A stretch of DNA of 64,000 nt from an uncultured Ectothiorhodospiraceae bacterium (GTDB taxonomy: Bacteria; Pseudomonadota; Gammaproteobacteria; UBA9214), in assembly GCA_947258515.1 (NCBI GenBank), contig CAMYIO010000033.1, positions 609 to 64,608 of the forward strand, read 5' to 3'. The translations under genes were made by a program, and so were the position numbers. The notes under the pieces were generated by a model that had not been told where the DNA came from, made no database searches, and worked only from the letters and a program-made list of their open reading frames with translations. Of this stretch, positions 20,393 through 29,707 are shown piece after piece. Numbering within the stretch: the stretch's first letter is position 1; each line of letters begins with the position of its first letter.

Positions 20393-20782
20393 TTACTTCG
20401 CCGGCGCTGCGGCGGGTGCTGCCGGTGCTGCCGGTGCTGCCGGTGCTGCCGGTGCTGCCGGTGCATAGCCATAGCCACCCCAGCCATAGCCCGGATAGCC
20501 ACCATAGCCACCATAGCCGTAGCCCGGATAACCGCCATAGCCACCATAGCCGTAGCGCGGATAGCCGCCATAGCCGTAGCCCGGATAGCCACCCCAGCCA
20601 TAGCCCGGATAGCCGCCATAGCCGTAGCCCGGATAGCCGCCATAGCCCCAGGGGCCACCACCCCAGGGACCGTAATAGTCGTCATAATAATCATTACCCC
20701 ACCAGGCACTGGCTGTACCGGCGCCCAGGGCGGCAGTACCGGCAACGATGGCGACGGCAATAAGCTTGGTCATTTCCTTCAT
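20393..20782 (-). CDS. secreted Gly/Tyr-rich repeat protein, sulfur-globule-protein (Sgp)-like
   Basis: Signal peptide MKEMTKLIAVAIVAGTAALGAGTASA, then about 9 GYPGYGYGG/GYGGYGGYP repeats, then a C-terminal (PAA)6 tail. GGAGG Shine-Dalgarno 7 nt upstream. All three overlapping frames are open only because of the tandem DNA repeats, and only this frame has a signal peptide. Confidence 0.6.
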   Translation of the reverse strand: MKEMTKLIAVAIVAGTAALGAGTASAWWGNDYYDDYYGPWGGGPWGYGGYPGYGYGGYPGYGWGGYPGYGYGGYPRYGYGGYGGYPGYGYGGYGGYPGYGWGGYGYAPAAPAAPAAPAAPAAPAAAPAK

Positions 20783-20971
20783 GATTAATCCTCCAAATAC
20801 GAAAAATTGTCATAACAACCGTTGCAGGCTCAGACACCAGCTAACGTCTGTAGAGTATAGTCAATTCTTTGGCCACTCTCCTAGTCCCCCGGATTGCATC
20901 TGACAGGCATCCGGGCATCTATTTTCAGATACTTTGACATAGATCAAACACTTGATCATGAAAGACCACCT

Positions 20972-21973
20972 TTAAGTAGCCTCACACATCGTCCGTACCC
21001 GTGGTGTCGCCGTATCCACCTCCAGCTCCGAGGGCAGCGATGCCGTTGGATCCAGTATCCATGACAGCATATCCTGCAGCACCACGGCGGCCTGCAGGTC
21101 GCGTGTCAGCATGTGATAACCGTCCGGGTAGAGCACCATTCGCCAGCGGGCAGCCTGCGGCTCGGGAAGTCCCTGCAGCATTGCGCACACCGAGTTTGGC
21201 GGGATGATGTCATCATTTTCTCCGTAAAGGATCAGCGCCGGCAGGGTCAGCTGCCGGCTGGAGAGCAGTGCTGACTCCATCAGGTTGGTGAGGCCGAACA
21301 TGGCATCGATACGCGTTGCCTTGATGACCAACGGATCCCGCCCCAACGCACGCAACATTTCGATATTATCCGACGGGGTGATTTCAAGACCGTCACCGGT
21401 GAGCGTCTGACCGGGTGCCGTATGTGCCGCCAGCCACAGTGCCGAGCGCTGCAACACCGGCATGACTTGCCAGCCCCATACCGCCGGTGCCACGAGTATG
21501 ATGCCTTTGAGACAGGATGCTTCGGCATCCTGGAGCAAATTCATGACCACGGCACCGCCCATGCTTTCACCAAGCAGGTACAGGGGGATACCGGGATGGC
21601 GTGCACACAGCAACTGCACCACCGTGCGGGCATCCTGCTGCAGGACATCGGCACCCGGCCAGATACCGCGCTGCTCCGTCTCGCCAAAGCCGCGCTGGTC
21701 ATAGGCGTAGGTCATGATACCGTTGACTGCCAGGTATTCCGCCGGCGCAGCAAAGGCCAGGCGGTAATCATTAAAGCCATGCAGGCCAAGTACGATCGCC
21801 TGCGGTTCACCCGCCGGTTGCCAGATACTTATTGGCAAGCGGTAGCCATCCGCCATACTGGCATCCACTGGAGTCAGTATCGGGACCTGTGTAGTATCGG
21901 ACGTTACCTGCACCCCGGGTGTGGCACACGCCAGCAGCCAGAACGGCATCAACAGATATACAAGGGCATTCAT
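20972..21973 (-). CDS. alpha/beta-hydrolase lipoprotein (lysophospholipase/monoacylglycerol-lipase-like)
   Basis: Lipobox LLAC, then HGFNDY oxyanion region and GESMGG nucleophile elbow. Confidence 0.75.
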   Translation of the reverse strand: MNALVYLLMPFWLLACATPGVQVTSDTTQVPILTPVDASMADGYRLPISIWQPAGEPQAIVLGLHGFNDYRLAFAAPAEYLAVNGIMTYAYDQRGFGETEQRGIWPGADVLQQDARTVVQLLCARHPGIPLYLLGESMGGAVVMNLLQDAEASCLKGIILVAPAVWGWQVMPVLQRSALWLAAHTAPGQTLTGDGLEITPSDNIEMLRALGRDPLVIKATRIDAMFGLTNLMESALLSSRQLTLPALILYGENDDIIPPNSVCAMLQGLPEPQAARWRMVLYPDGYHMLTRDLQAAVVLQDMLSWILDPTASLPSELEVDTATPRVRTMCEAT

Positions 21974-21989
21974 AGAGCGGAGAGAGACC

Positions 21990-22277
21990 ATGTCAAATGA
22001 AGGTTACCATGAACCCATTAACGAACTGTCGGATGAGACACGCGACATGCACCGCGCCATCACCTCACTGATGGAGGAACTCGAGGCGGTTGACTGGTAC
22101 AACCAGCGGGTTGATGCCTGCAAGGACAAGGAGCTGAAAGCCATACTGGCGCATAACCGTGACGAGGAGAAGGAACACGCCGCCATGGTGCTGGAATGGA
22201 TCCGGCGCAAGGATCCGGCCTTTGACAAGGAGTTGAAGGACTATCTATTCACCGACAAGGAAATCGCGCATAGCTGA
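21990..22277 (+). CDS. ferritin-like protein of the encapsulated-ferritin (EncFtn) family
   Basis: MSNEGYHEP...MEELEAVDWYNQRVDACKDKELKAILAHNRDEEKEHAAMVLEWIRR closely matches the EncFtn di-iron ferroxidase motifs. There is no C-terminal encapsulin targeting peptide and no adjacent encapsulin gene. Confidence 0.7.
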   Translation: MSNEGYHEPINELSDETRDMHRAITSLMEELEAVDWYNQRVDACKDKELKAILAHNRDEEKEHAAMVLEWIRRKDPAFDKELKDYLFTDKEIAHS

Positions 22278-22302
22278 AGCCCCGAGACTGCGAACCATCA
22301 TT

Positions 22303-22375
22303 GTAGGAGCGCCGTCCCCGGCGCGATTGTTCTTTGTCTTGCCCCCGAATCGCGGCGAGGACGCCGCTCCTACAA
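22303..22375. repeat. REP-like palindromic element (type A, copy 1)
   Basis: tgtaggagcgccgtccccggcgcgattg -spacer- aatcgcggcgaggacgccgctcctaca, an imperfect inverted repeat. Near-identical copies lie at 34870, 41423 and 62526. Confidence 0.6.
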
Positions 22376-22407
22376 TATAATTATTACAATAGCTTACGTT
22401 ATATTCC

Positions 22408-23521
22408 TCAGAACCATATTGAAACGAAAAGCTGCGCCACGTCGGCACCGAATTTGTACAGCGGTTCATCTCCCGCCGGTGCGCCGCTGTCGCGCAGATC
22501 GCGAAAATCATGGTAGTTGAACCAGATGTGATCATAGGACAGGTTAATACTGCCACGGTCTATCCAGCGCCAGCCATTCTGTACGAAATCATAACTCAAC
22601 GAAAACCCGAGCGTGTTGCTGTCAAAAGAGCTGAGTTCCTTGTCGCGCGCGAGAAAGTTCTGTGCATCCCTGCGCGGGAACAGGTCACTGTAAAAGTCGG
22701 CTGAATTCTGCGTGTAATAGCGGTAGTGAGCTTCAAATAACCAGCCACCGCTCAGCGGGTGTATGTAGGCAAGCTTGACGTTATGCGCCCGGATTCCCCA
22801 GGTGTCATCAAAGATCCGGTACTCTGCATAGGTTGATGCACGATAAGGTAAATAATAAAGTCCGCGCACGGCAACTGCGTTGCTGGTGCGTGTATTCGGG
22901 TAGACCTCCGGCTGATAACTGTAACCCGGAGAACTCGCAGTATCGATGTAACGCACCGAACGGTAGGGATTATTCAAATATGCTGATCACCTGCGTGAGC
23001 CCGACTGTATAATTCTGCCGGTCCACATCTTCGGAGAAGGCAGGGTCGTTATTGTTGCCAACGACATCCCAGCCACGTGCATATCCCAGTGTCACGGTGG
23101 TCATGTTGCCAAACATGTCCATGCTGATACCAAAACTGGCGGTATTGGCCGAGTAATCACTCTCCTCACTGTTGGTATAGGAGACACTCATAATCGAATT
23201 GCCATGCAGGTAGTCTGCACCCAGCGAGTATTCAGTTCGCTCTTCCGTGTAGGGACTGGCCGTGGTGACGACATCAATGGATGCGCTGCTGATGGAATCC
23301 ACGTAGTAGTTACCGCTGAGCGCAAAATTCTGCCCGACGTTTTTCAGAACCAGCACCGATGGCCCGGTGATCTCGACCCCGCCGCCATCATAGGAGTGAT
23401 ACAGCGCATCGGCACGGTCATCCGGCAACACGCCGGCCACGGTCGGCAAGCCGCTGCACAGCAGGCACAGACCCGCGAGACAGGTTTTGCGGATACTAGT
23501 TACAGCCACAGCCCCCACCAT
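22408..23521 (-). pseudogene. DUF3570-like outer-membrane protein, split by a frameshift near 22970
   Basis: Two abutting 189-aa ORFs. The N-terminal half carries the signal peptide (LAGLCLLCSGLPTVAG). The C-terminal half ends ...FVSIWF, the terminal-Phe signature of outer-membrane barrels. Together they make ~378 aa, typical of DUF3570. It sits next to the DUF4266/TlpA partners. Confidence 0.5.
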
Positions 23522-23732
23522 TACCACCTTCAGCACCACGCGCCGCCTCGCGTGCCTGGTAGACGTGAATCATGTAGGAGGATGACACCGGGTTGCGTTC
23601 GAAACGCATGATTTCATCCGCAAGGTATTCACGCTCATAGGGCTTTACCCAGGGTTCGACCATACTGCAAGCCGGCAGGTACAACACACCCAGAACGAGA
23701 ATAACTGCTTTGCGGATAGTCACTGCCGTCAT
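23496..23732 (-). CDS. DUF4266-like small lipoprotein
   Basis: 78 aa, lipobox LPAC, C-terminal Gly-rich ...GGNGGGCGCN tail. Conserved neighbour of DUF3570 and TlpA genes. Confidence 0.55.
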   Translation of the reverse strand: MTAVTIRKAVILVLGVLYLPACSMVEPWVKPYEREYLADEIMRFERNPVSSSYMIHVYQAREAARGAEGGNGGGCGCN

Positions 23733-24241
23733 TCCCTGATCAGGTCACGAACCTGTTGCTGGTAGACAGTCTCAAGTCCGGGTTTATAGCCCTTGTGCAG
23801 GTAGCGCATATTGCCATCGCGATCCACCAGCACGGTGCTGGGCATGGCAACCACGTCATATTGCTTGCTGACGACGCTGTCGCTGTCAAATACCACGGGA
23901 AAACTCACCGGCAGTTCCTCCAGCAGTTTTTTCGCCTTGCTCGAATCAGCCTCGACGTTGACACCCAGCACGGTGAATCCCAGTGCACGGTACTTGTCAT
24001 GCAGTTCGCTGAGTACCGGCATCTCCTGGCGGCAGGGGCCGCACCACGAGGCCCAGAAATTGATCAGCACAACCTCGCCGCGGTATTCACTGAGCCTGAG
24101 ATTTTCACCCGTGTTGCTCTTCAGCGTAAAGTCCGGTGCACCCGACTGCTTCATGCCGGCATATACAGCGGATGTCGCCATGATCACCGCAGCGGCCATG
24201 CCGAGCCATGATTTCATGTAATGTGCTAACTTGTTTTCCAT
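23729..24241 (-). CDS. TlpA-family periplasmic thiol:disulfide oxidoreductase
   Basis: Signal peptide and thioredoxin fold with WASWCGPC active site. Stop/start overlap with the downstream lipoprotein gene. Confidence 0.8.
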   Translation of the reverse strand: MENKLAHYMKSWLGMAAAVIMATSAVYAGMKQSGAPDFTLKSNTGENLRLSEYRGEVVLINFWASWCGPCRQEMPVLSELHDKYRALGFTVLGVNVEADSSKAKKLLEELPVSFPVVFDSDSVVSKQYDVVAMPSTVLVDRDGNMRYLHKGYKPGLETVYQQQVRDLIRE

Positions 24242-24253
24242 AATCGACTCCTG

Positions 24254-24922
24254 TTAAAAGAAGAAACTGATACCGGCGGTACCTTCCAGGTTATGTGTTG
24301 TTTTATCCTTTCCGAGCAGGTCGGATTTGAAAATGTGGTCGCGGAAGTCTAGATGCAGCGCAACCCAGTCATTCACCAGGAACCGGTAGCCGGCGCCGAC
24401 GTTGACAGTGAAATGGCTGTCATCCGCAAACTCTGTATTTCCAACGCCGGCGATCAGGTACAGGGCACTGTTAAAGGCGTGACCCTTGCCGATAAATGCC
24501 TCACCCGGCAGGATGTTGTACCCCAGCGAGAGATTGTAGTAAGTCAGTTTCCGCTGACTGTCCGTCAGCACCCGGGCACCACCACTGAGCGTCTCGTAAC
24601 TGGTGTCGCCTGCCTTTGTCCGGCCGATAGCGGCCTCGGTAAAGAAGTCCTCGGTAATGTGGTAGGCGCCGCGCGCTCCATAGACCACGTTAGTGCCGAA
24701 GTCCTCGATACTCATGACACCGACAAAAGCACCGACCTCGAAGTCCTCACTGTCGATATCAGCTTCGGAAACCGTGCGTCTTTCAAGGTCCGGGCTTATC
24801 ACCGGCGTCGTGTCATCCTGTGGTGCATCATCAACCCGCACCCAGGAGCAACCCGGCAGCAGGCTCATGAAGGCCAGTGCAAGCATTGACCTCAGAAGAA
24901 AAATGCGAAACCTGCTTTCCAT
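24254..24922 (-). CDS. outer-membrane beta-barrel lipoprotein (OmpA/OmpW-like barrel)
   Basis: Lipobox LLPGCSW, amphipathic beta strands, C-terminal ...GISFFF. Confidence 0.6.
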   Translation of the reverse strand: MESRFRIFLLRSMLALAFMSLLPGCSWVRVDDAPQDDTTPVISPDLERRTVSEADIDSEDFEVGAFVGVMSIEDFGTNVVYGARGAYHITEDFFTEAAIGRTKAGDTSYETLSGGARVLTDSQRKLTYYNLSLGYNILPGEAFIGKGHAFNSALYLIAGVGNTEFADDSHFTVNVGAGYRFLVNDWVALHLDFRDHIFKSDLLGKDKTTHNLEGTAGISFFF

Positions 24923-25665
24923 TCGTTTATCTCCTGGTTGTCGTCCTTATCCTGAAAAATGACGCTGTTCCTGTATTCGGCACGCAGCAAGAATCGACGC
25001 GTCAGATAGCAGCGGATACCCACGCCGACACTGCCGATCTGCTCGGTACGATCCAGCTCATCGACCAGCGTAACGTTCGGGTCGGTATAGATAATCCCTG
25101 TCCCCAGAGAAAAGAAAGGCGACAGACGCCACTCCGGAAACGGATGCGCGAGCAGACTGACGCGACCAACAACCGAATCCGAATAATTCCCGAACACCTG
25201 TGATACAGACAATTCTGCAGAGAAATTCGCCGTCATGGCATATCCTGCATAAGCCGTGATCATATCCGCACCTTCAAAGTCTCCGGCCAGCACCCCGGCT
25301 TCCCAGCGTCTTTTCGAGAAATCCCCGATATTTGCCTCCGCGAAGCGGGTCTGGTCACCCGCGGGGGTTAACGTCTGTTCCATTTCCGCACGCCTGACCC
25401 AGCCTTCCTTGCCTTTCCCGGTACGTACCCTGAACCAGTCGGTACGCCGCTTCAGTACGCTAATGGTCTCGCCACGATCAACCACGTGGAATACCGGGTA
25501 ACCGCGGCCGGGGCCGGTATGCATTTCCAGGTATGGCGCAGCAACAACAACCTCGACCAGTTGTTCTTCAGAAAATGCCTGTCTGGCCAGCAGGGCCTGC
25601 AACAGCAGTACAATCACGAGCACGCGTAACTGCGAAAATCCCCGGGCAACAGTGCACGCGTGCAT
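24892..25665 (-). CDS. SH3-domain + outer-membrane beta-barrel protein
   Basis: Signal peptide, a bacterial SH3-like segment (YPVFHVVDRGETISVLKRRTDWFRVRTGKGKEGWV), then a barrel ending ...GFAFFF. Confidence 0.55.
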   Translation of the reverse strand: MHACTVARGFSQLRVLVIVLLLQALLARQAFSEEQLVEVVVAAPYLEMHTGPGRGYPVFHVVDRGETISVLKRRTDWFRVRTGKGKEGWVRRAEMEQTLTPAGDQTRFAEANIGDFSKRRWEAGVLAGDFEGADMITAYAGYAMTANFSAELSVSQVFGNYSDSVVGRVSLLAHPFPEWRLSPFFSLGTGIIYTDPNVTLVDELDRTEQIGSVGVGIRCYLTRRFLLRAEYRNSVIFQDKDDNQEINEWKAGFAFFF

Positions 25666-25675
25666 ACAGTCGCTA

Positions 25676-28252
25676 TCAGTTACCGGGTACTGCGAATGGA
25701 TCGTTGTAATACTGCGCACCGATATCCAGCCATTCCGAGACAAGTCTCAGTTCGGCTGCATCAAGACGATTCTCGTGACTGCCTCCACTGTTGAACAGAT
25801 CAAAAAAACGCCAGCTTGCACGTGCACCGGCGCTCGACATGGCAGGCGCAACCGGTACACGCACCTCGGTCGGCAATCCCGTCTCGGGATCGATCGGACC
25901 GGGTACCAGGATGTCCTGCAGGCCGTTATCACCGAGTTCCTCGGCGAAGTCAGCGAACAGTAGCTCCCGATAGGAGTGGAAATGCGCGGCCTGTTCTGCG
26001 GACACACCATCGGTCAGATCGAGCTGTGCATCCGGTACCCTGTCCATGTCGGCTGCATCGAGGCTGGCATGGCATTCTGTGCAGGTGTTTACGCCACGGT
26101 CACGATTCCACAGGGGGTGTATATGCTGCTCATAATTGATCACTGTCCTGCATTGACTGTCCCAGTCCCCCTGGCAGACGGATGAGGCCGGTGCAGCGGT
26201 TGACAGGTCCGCATACAGCAGGCTGGTTGACGCATCCTTGAGGCGAGCGGCAGCCATTTCGTCGGTCCAGAGGTCGTGATATATCAGGTCAGTCGAGGGT
26301 TGCAGGGAGAGGACATCAAACCGCGCCAGGGTTTCCGCCATGGTTTCTCCGTATATCGCGGGCAAGGCAGGGTCTGTATTCGGGAATTCCATAGCGGTTG
26401 CCGGGGCACCGGCATGCACAGACTGCGCCCCCTGCGGGTGACCGTGGGGGCTGCCACCGGCATGATTATGGCAACCGTTACAGTGGACTGTTTCCCCGGC
26501 ACGCACTTGCAACCAGTTCTGGTGACGGTCGCCGATGCGCCGTCCGTCCCTGTCCACCACGCTGATGGCCAGTGGCACATCGGCCGGTACCTTGACCCGC
26601 ACGGACCCGTCCGGCTGTACCGGTGTGTAGCCGATGATCTCGCGCATCAGTTGCTGGCTACTGCGTCCAAAGGCAGTAAACGGCAGTGTGGCCACGTCGT
26701 TGTCTGGCATGGCGACGGCCTTGACGATGCGCAGGAAACGGGCAGGGCGATCAGCGGCCAGGGACTCTTTCGGGTCGGCGAGCGTGGCGATATCCGGTGC
26801 CGCGGTATCCACACCGTCGATGTCATAGACACTGCGGATATTGAGTATGCCGACACCCTCGTCAATCCACTGCAGGTCCAGCTCGATACCGGGCTGCTTG
26901 TCGAAAATGATGGATGGCAGGGCGCGTGGGGCGGTTGCCACCACATTGGTATAGGTAATGCCTTCCTGCGGGACAACCACCGGTAACTGAGTATCGGTAG
27001 ACATGTCATAGAGAAATATTCCGTACAGTGGATCGGCCTCGAGTGCATCAGGACTTTCAATCCGGCCGGCGGTGCAGGGGACAATCACGGTATCCTCCAG
27101 CAAACGGCATTCGCTCCAGCTGACCAGTACACGATCCGTACCATCCAGCAGCGGCCAGGCGCTACGGAAACGGCCACCGGGAGAGACACTGTTGTCTGTA
27201 CGGACATCATTGATCAGCAGAGCGGACTGCGCCGGTCCGGACAGTATCCCCTGGTTGTCCATTGTAGGTTCGGTGTTATCGATATAGTTTTCGATATCCA
27301 GTGAAATCAGCTCGCCGCCACGGTAGGACCCTGTAAATGGCAGCAGCAGGGCGAGCAGCCGGCCATTTTCCAATTCCCGCGGTTGCAGGAAATGCACATC
27401 AGCGTTATTGGTGCCGGTGTCATGGCTATGGGAACCGTACAGAAGCTGCAAGCCGGTCCCGTCCGGATACATCTTGTAGAGGCTTATGGCATTACGACTA
27501 CCCATGTCATCCCAGCGGCTGAAAACCACTTCTCCGGAAGAAAGCACCATCGGATCAAGATCGTGGCTCTGGTTAAACGAGACCTGCCTGATATCACTAC
27601 CGTCTGCATTCATGACATGTAACACCATGGCATGTTCGTTGAGGTTTTCATCCAGCGCGGTAAATTGTGGTTTGCCTTCGTCCAGCAGCACGGCACGCGA
27701 TGTTCTTTGACGTGACGAGGAGAATATTATGCGGCCATCCGGCAGGTAGTGTGGCGCCACATCCTGCCCGGCGGCAGCGGTAATGTCCGACGGGATGACG
27801 CGCTGCAGCTCATCGGCCTCAATCAGGTATTCCCAGATATCCCACTTCGGCTGGTCAGCCGGGGCGAGGCCGGGTATCTCGGGCGCACGCATGGCGAAGA
27901 GCAGCCGCTCGCCGTCATAGGACACTTCAACATCCTTCACATCACCCAGGCCACCGGTGAAGGATGCGGTTACATTGCGTTGCCGTGCACCCGGAGAAGC
28001 CAGATCACGGTAAAACAGGTCACCACCGGCATTGAACGTTAATGCCTCGCGAATATCCGGCTGCGTCAACACATTATTCATATCAACGATCAGAGGACGA
28101 CGCACAAAGGCAATACCGAAATCCTCGACCAGTGGATCAGGGTCCTGACCATCACCCCCGCCACATGCCTGCAATGCAACAGACAACACGCAGGCAACGC
28201 ACATGGCTGCAATCTTCCTGACGCCCTGAAAACACGCGTTGATTAGAGTCAT
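25676..28252 (-). CDS. lipoprotein with PD40/TolB-like beta-propeller repeats and two c-type heme motifs
   Basis: Lipobox LQAC. Propeller-like repeats (DGSDIRQVSF..., LYKMYPDGTGLQ...) plus HCNGCH and CTECH CXXCH motifs. The ORF opens at a TTG (28342), but an internal ATG gives a proper lipoprotein signal. Confidence 0.6.
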   Translation of the reverse strand: MTLINACFQGVRKIAAMCVACVLSVALQACGGGDGQDPDPLVEDFGIAFVRRPLIVDMNNVLTQPDIREALTFNAGGDLFYRDLASPGARQRNVTASFTGGLGDVKDVEVSYDGERLLFAMRAPEIPGLAPADQPKWDIWEYLIEADELQRVIPSDITAAAGQDVAPHYLPDGRIIFSSSRQRTSRAVLLDEGKPQFTALDENLNEHAMVLHVMNADGSDIRQVSFNQSHDLDPMVLSSGEVVFSRWDDMGSRNAISLYKMYPDGTGLQLLYGSHSHDTGTNNADVHFLQPRELENGRLLALLLPFTGSYRGGELISLDIENYIDNTEPTMDNQGILSGPAQSALLINDVRTDNSVSPGGRFRSAWPLLDGTDRVLVSWSECRLLEDTVIVPCTAGRIESPDALEADPLYGIFLYDMSTDTQLPVVVPQEGITYTNVVATAPRALPSIIFDKQPGIELDLQWIDEGVGILNIRSVYDIDGVDTAAPDIATLADPKESLAADRPARFLRIVKAVAMPDNDVATLPFTAFGRSSQQLMREIIGYTPVQPDGSVRVKVPADVPLAISVVDRDGRRIGDRHQNWLQVRAGETVHCNGCHNHAGGSPHGHPQGAQSVHAGAPATAMEFPNTDPALPAIYGETMAETLARFDVLSLQPSTDLIYHDLWTDEMAAARLKDASTSLLYADLSTAAPASSVCQGDWDSQCRTVINYEQHIHPLWNRDRGVNTCTECHASLDAADMDRVPDAQLDLTDGVSAEQAAHFHSYRELLFADFAEELGDNGLQDILVPGPIDPETGLPTEVRVPVAPAMSSAGARASWRFFDLFNSGGSHENRLDAAELRLVSEWLDIGAQYYNDPFAVPGN

Positions 28253-28510
28253 AGTAGATCCTGATGCACATATATAAGTACGCACATCCGACGTCGTTTT
28301 CCTTTGGTGATCCCTGCATCCGTAATCACACACAAAAATCAATGTGATTCAGTTCCCGCCTGTTACATAACCCGTGTCGCAGTTGAACTATAGGACAGTC
28401 GAGGAATCCTGTTCCGCGAACAGAATCACAGAAAGCCACGCCTACAAACATCAGGATTGTCAGCCACGGAGATAACGACAATTAAAAACCAATGATTGCA
28501 GGAAGTGATT

Positions 28511-29704
28511 ATGCGTCTGTCAAAACAGTCTGATTACACAACGTCTAACCACCGGATCCGCAGGGCAATCATTGTGTGCATCCTGATGTTGTTCTCTACG
28601 ACTGCTTTTGCCGATGCACTCGAACGCCGTCAGGCGAAACGCCTGCATGACAGGCTGGCCGGTATTCCGCCAGAGGAATCGGTACTTGATGACATGGAAG
28701 CCGCGTTAATGGCCGGCAATGATCTGGATGCAGCCCTTATCGCAATGGACAACAAGGCCTTCTATAACATTACCCTGAAAAATTTTGCGGCCCCATGGAG
28801 CAACCGTGAAAGGACGCTGTTTGCACCGTTGAATGACTACACCGCCACCGTCATCGGCATGATTCGCGATAAAACACCCTTCAACGAACTGCTGTCAGCC
28901 AACCTGGTATATGTCGGCGATCCGGTATTGGGACTGCCTGACTACTCAATGACCGACAACGATCATTACCAGGCGCTGGAGGACCAGGGTATTGACCTGA
29001 AGACTCACCTGCAGGCCGTCACACAGACTTCTGTCACCGACCTGCCGGTAAATGCAACGGCGGGCGTGATGACGACGCGTGCTGCAGCCGAGGCTTTTTT
29101 CGTGGCGGGAACAAACCGCGCCATGTTTCGCTTCACCTTGCTGAATCATCTCTGCAACGACATGGAGCAGGTCAAGGACAGCAGTTATTCACCTGCCCGC
29201 ATTCGCCAGGATGTCTCACGCAGTCCCGGCGGTGACAGTCGCCTGTTCCTCAACTCCTGCATCGGTTGCCACAACGGCATGGACCCGATGGCTCAGGCGT
29301 TCGCCTACTACAACTTCGATGAAACCACTCAGCGTATCCAGTACACACCCGGTTCGGTACAGCCCAAATACCATATCAATGCCGACACCTTCAAGTACGG
29401 CTACATCACAGCGGATGACCGCTGGGACAATTACTGGCGCAGTGGTCAAAACGCATTGCTGGGCTGGGACAGCAACCTGACCGGTTCCGGTTCCGGTGCC
29501 AAATCAATGGGCAGAGAACTTGCCAACAGCGAGGCATTCGCCCGTTGCCAGGTCAAGAAGGCCTTCAAGACGGTTTGTTTGCGTGATCCGGGCAACGCGG
29601 CTGACCGTAACCAGGTGGACATCACCACTGCCAGTTTCAAGGCGGACAACTACAACATGAAGACAGCGTTTGCAGAAGTTGCCGTCTACTGCATGGGCGA
29701 ATAA
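28511..29704 (+). CDS. secreted protein with one CXXCH heme motif (PSCyt/DUF1588-like?)
   Basis: Signal peptide and CIGCHNGMDP motif. AGGAAG Shine-Dalgarno. Translationally coupled to the next gene (4-nt gap). Confidence 0.55.
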   Translation: MRLSKQSDYTTSNHRIRRAIIVCILMLFSTTAFADALERRQAKRLHDRLAGIPPEESVLDDMEAALMAGNDLDAALIAMDNKAFYNITLKNFAAPWSNRERTLFAPLNDYTATVIGMIRDKTPFNELLSANLVYVGDPVLGLPDYSMTDNDHYQALEDQGIDLKTHLQAVTQTSVTDLPVNATAGVMTTRAAAEAFFVAGTNRAMFRFTLLNHLCNDMEQVKDSSYSPARIRQDVSRSPGGDSRLFLNSCIGCHNGMDPMAQAFAYYNFDETTQRIQYTPGSVQPKYHINADTFKYGYITADDRWDNYWRSGQNALLGWDSNLTGSGSGAKSMGRELANSEAFARCQVKKAFKTVCLRDPGNAADRNQVDITTASFKADNYNMKTAFAEVAVYCMGE

Positions 29705-29707
29705 CCA

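Noticed and set aside
20386-20763. His/Ser/Arg-rich ORF on the plus strand and a second Ala/Met-rich frame on the minus strand over the Gly/Tyr repeat tract
   Set aside because: They are alternate frames of perfect tandem repeats. They lack a signal peptide, a Shine-Dalgarno and a terminator, unlike the 20393-20782 frame.
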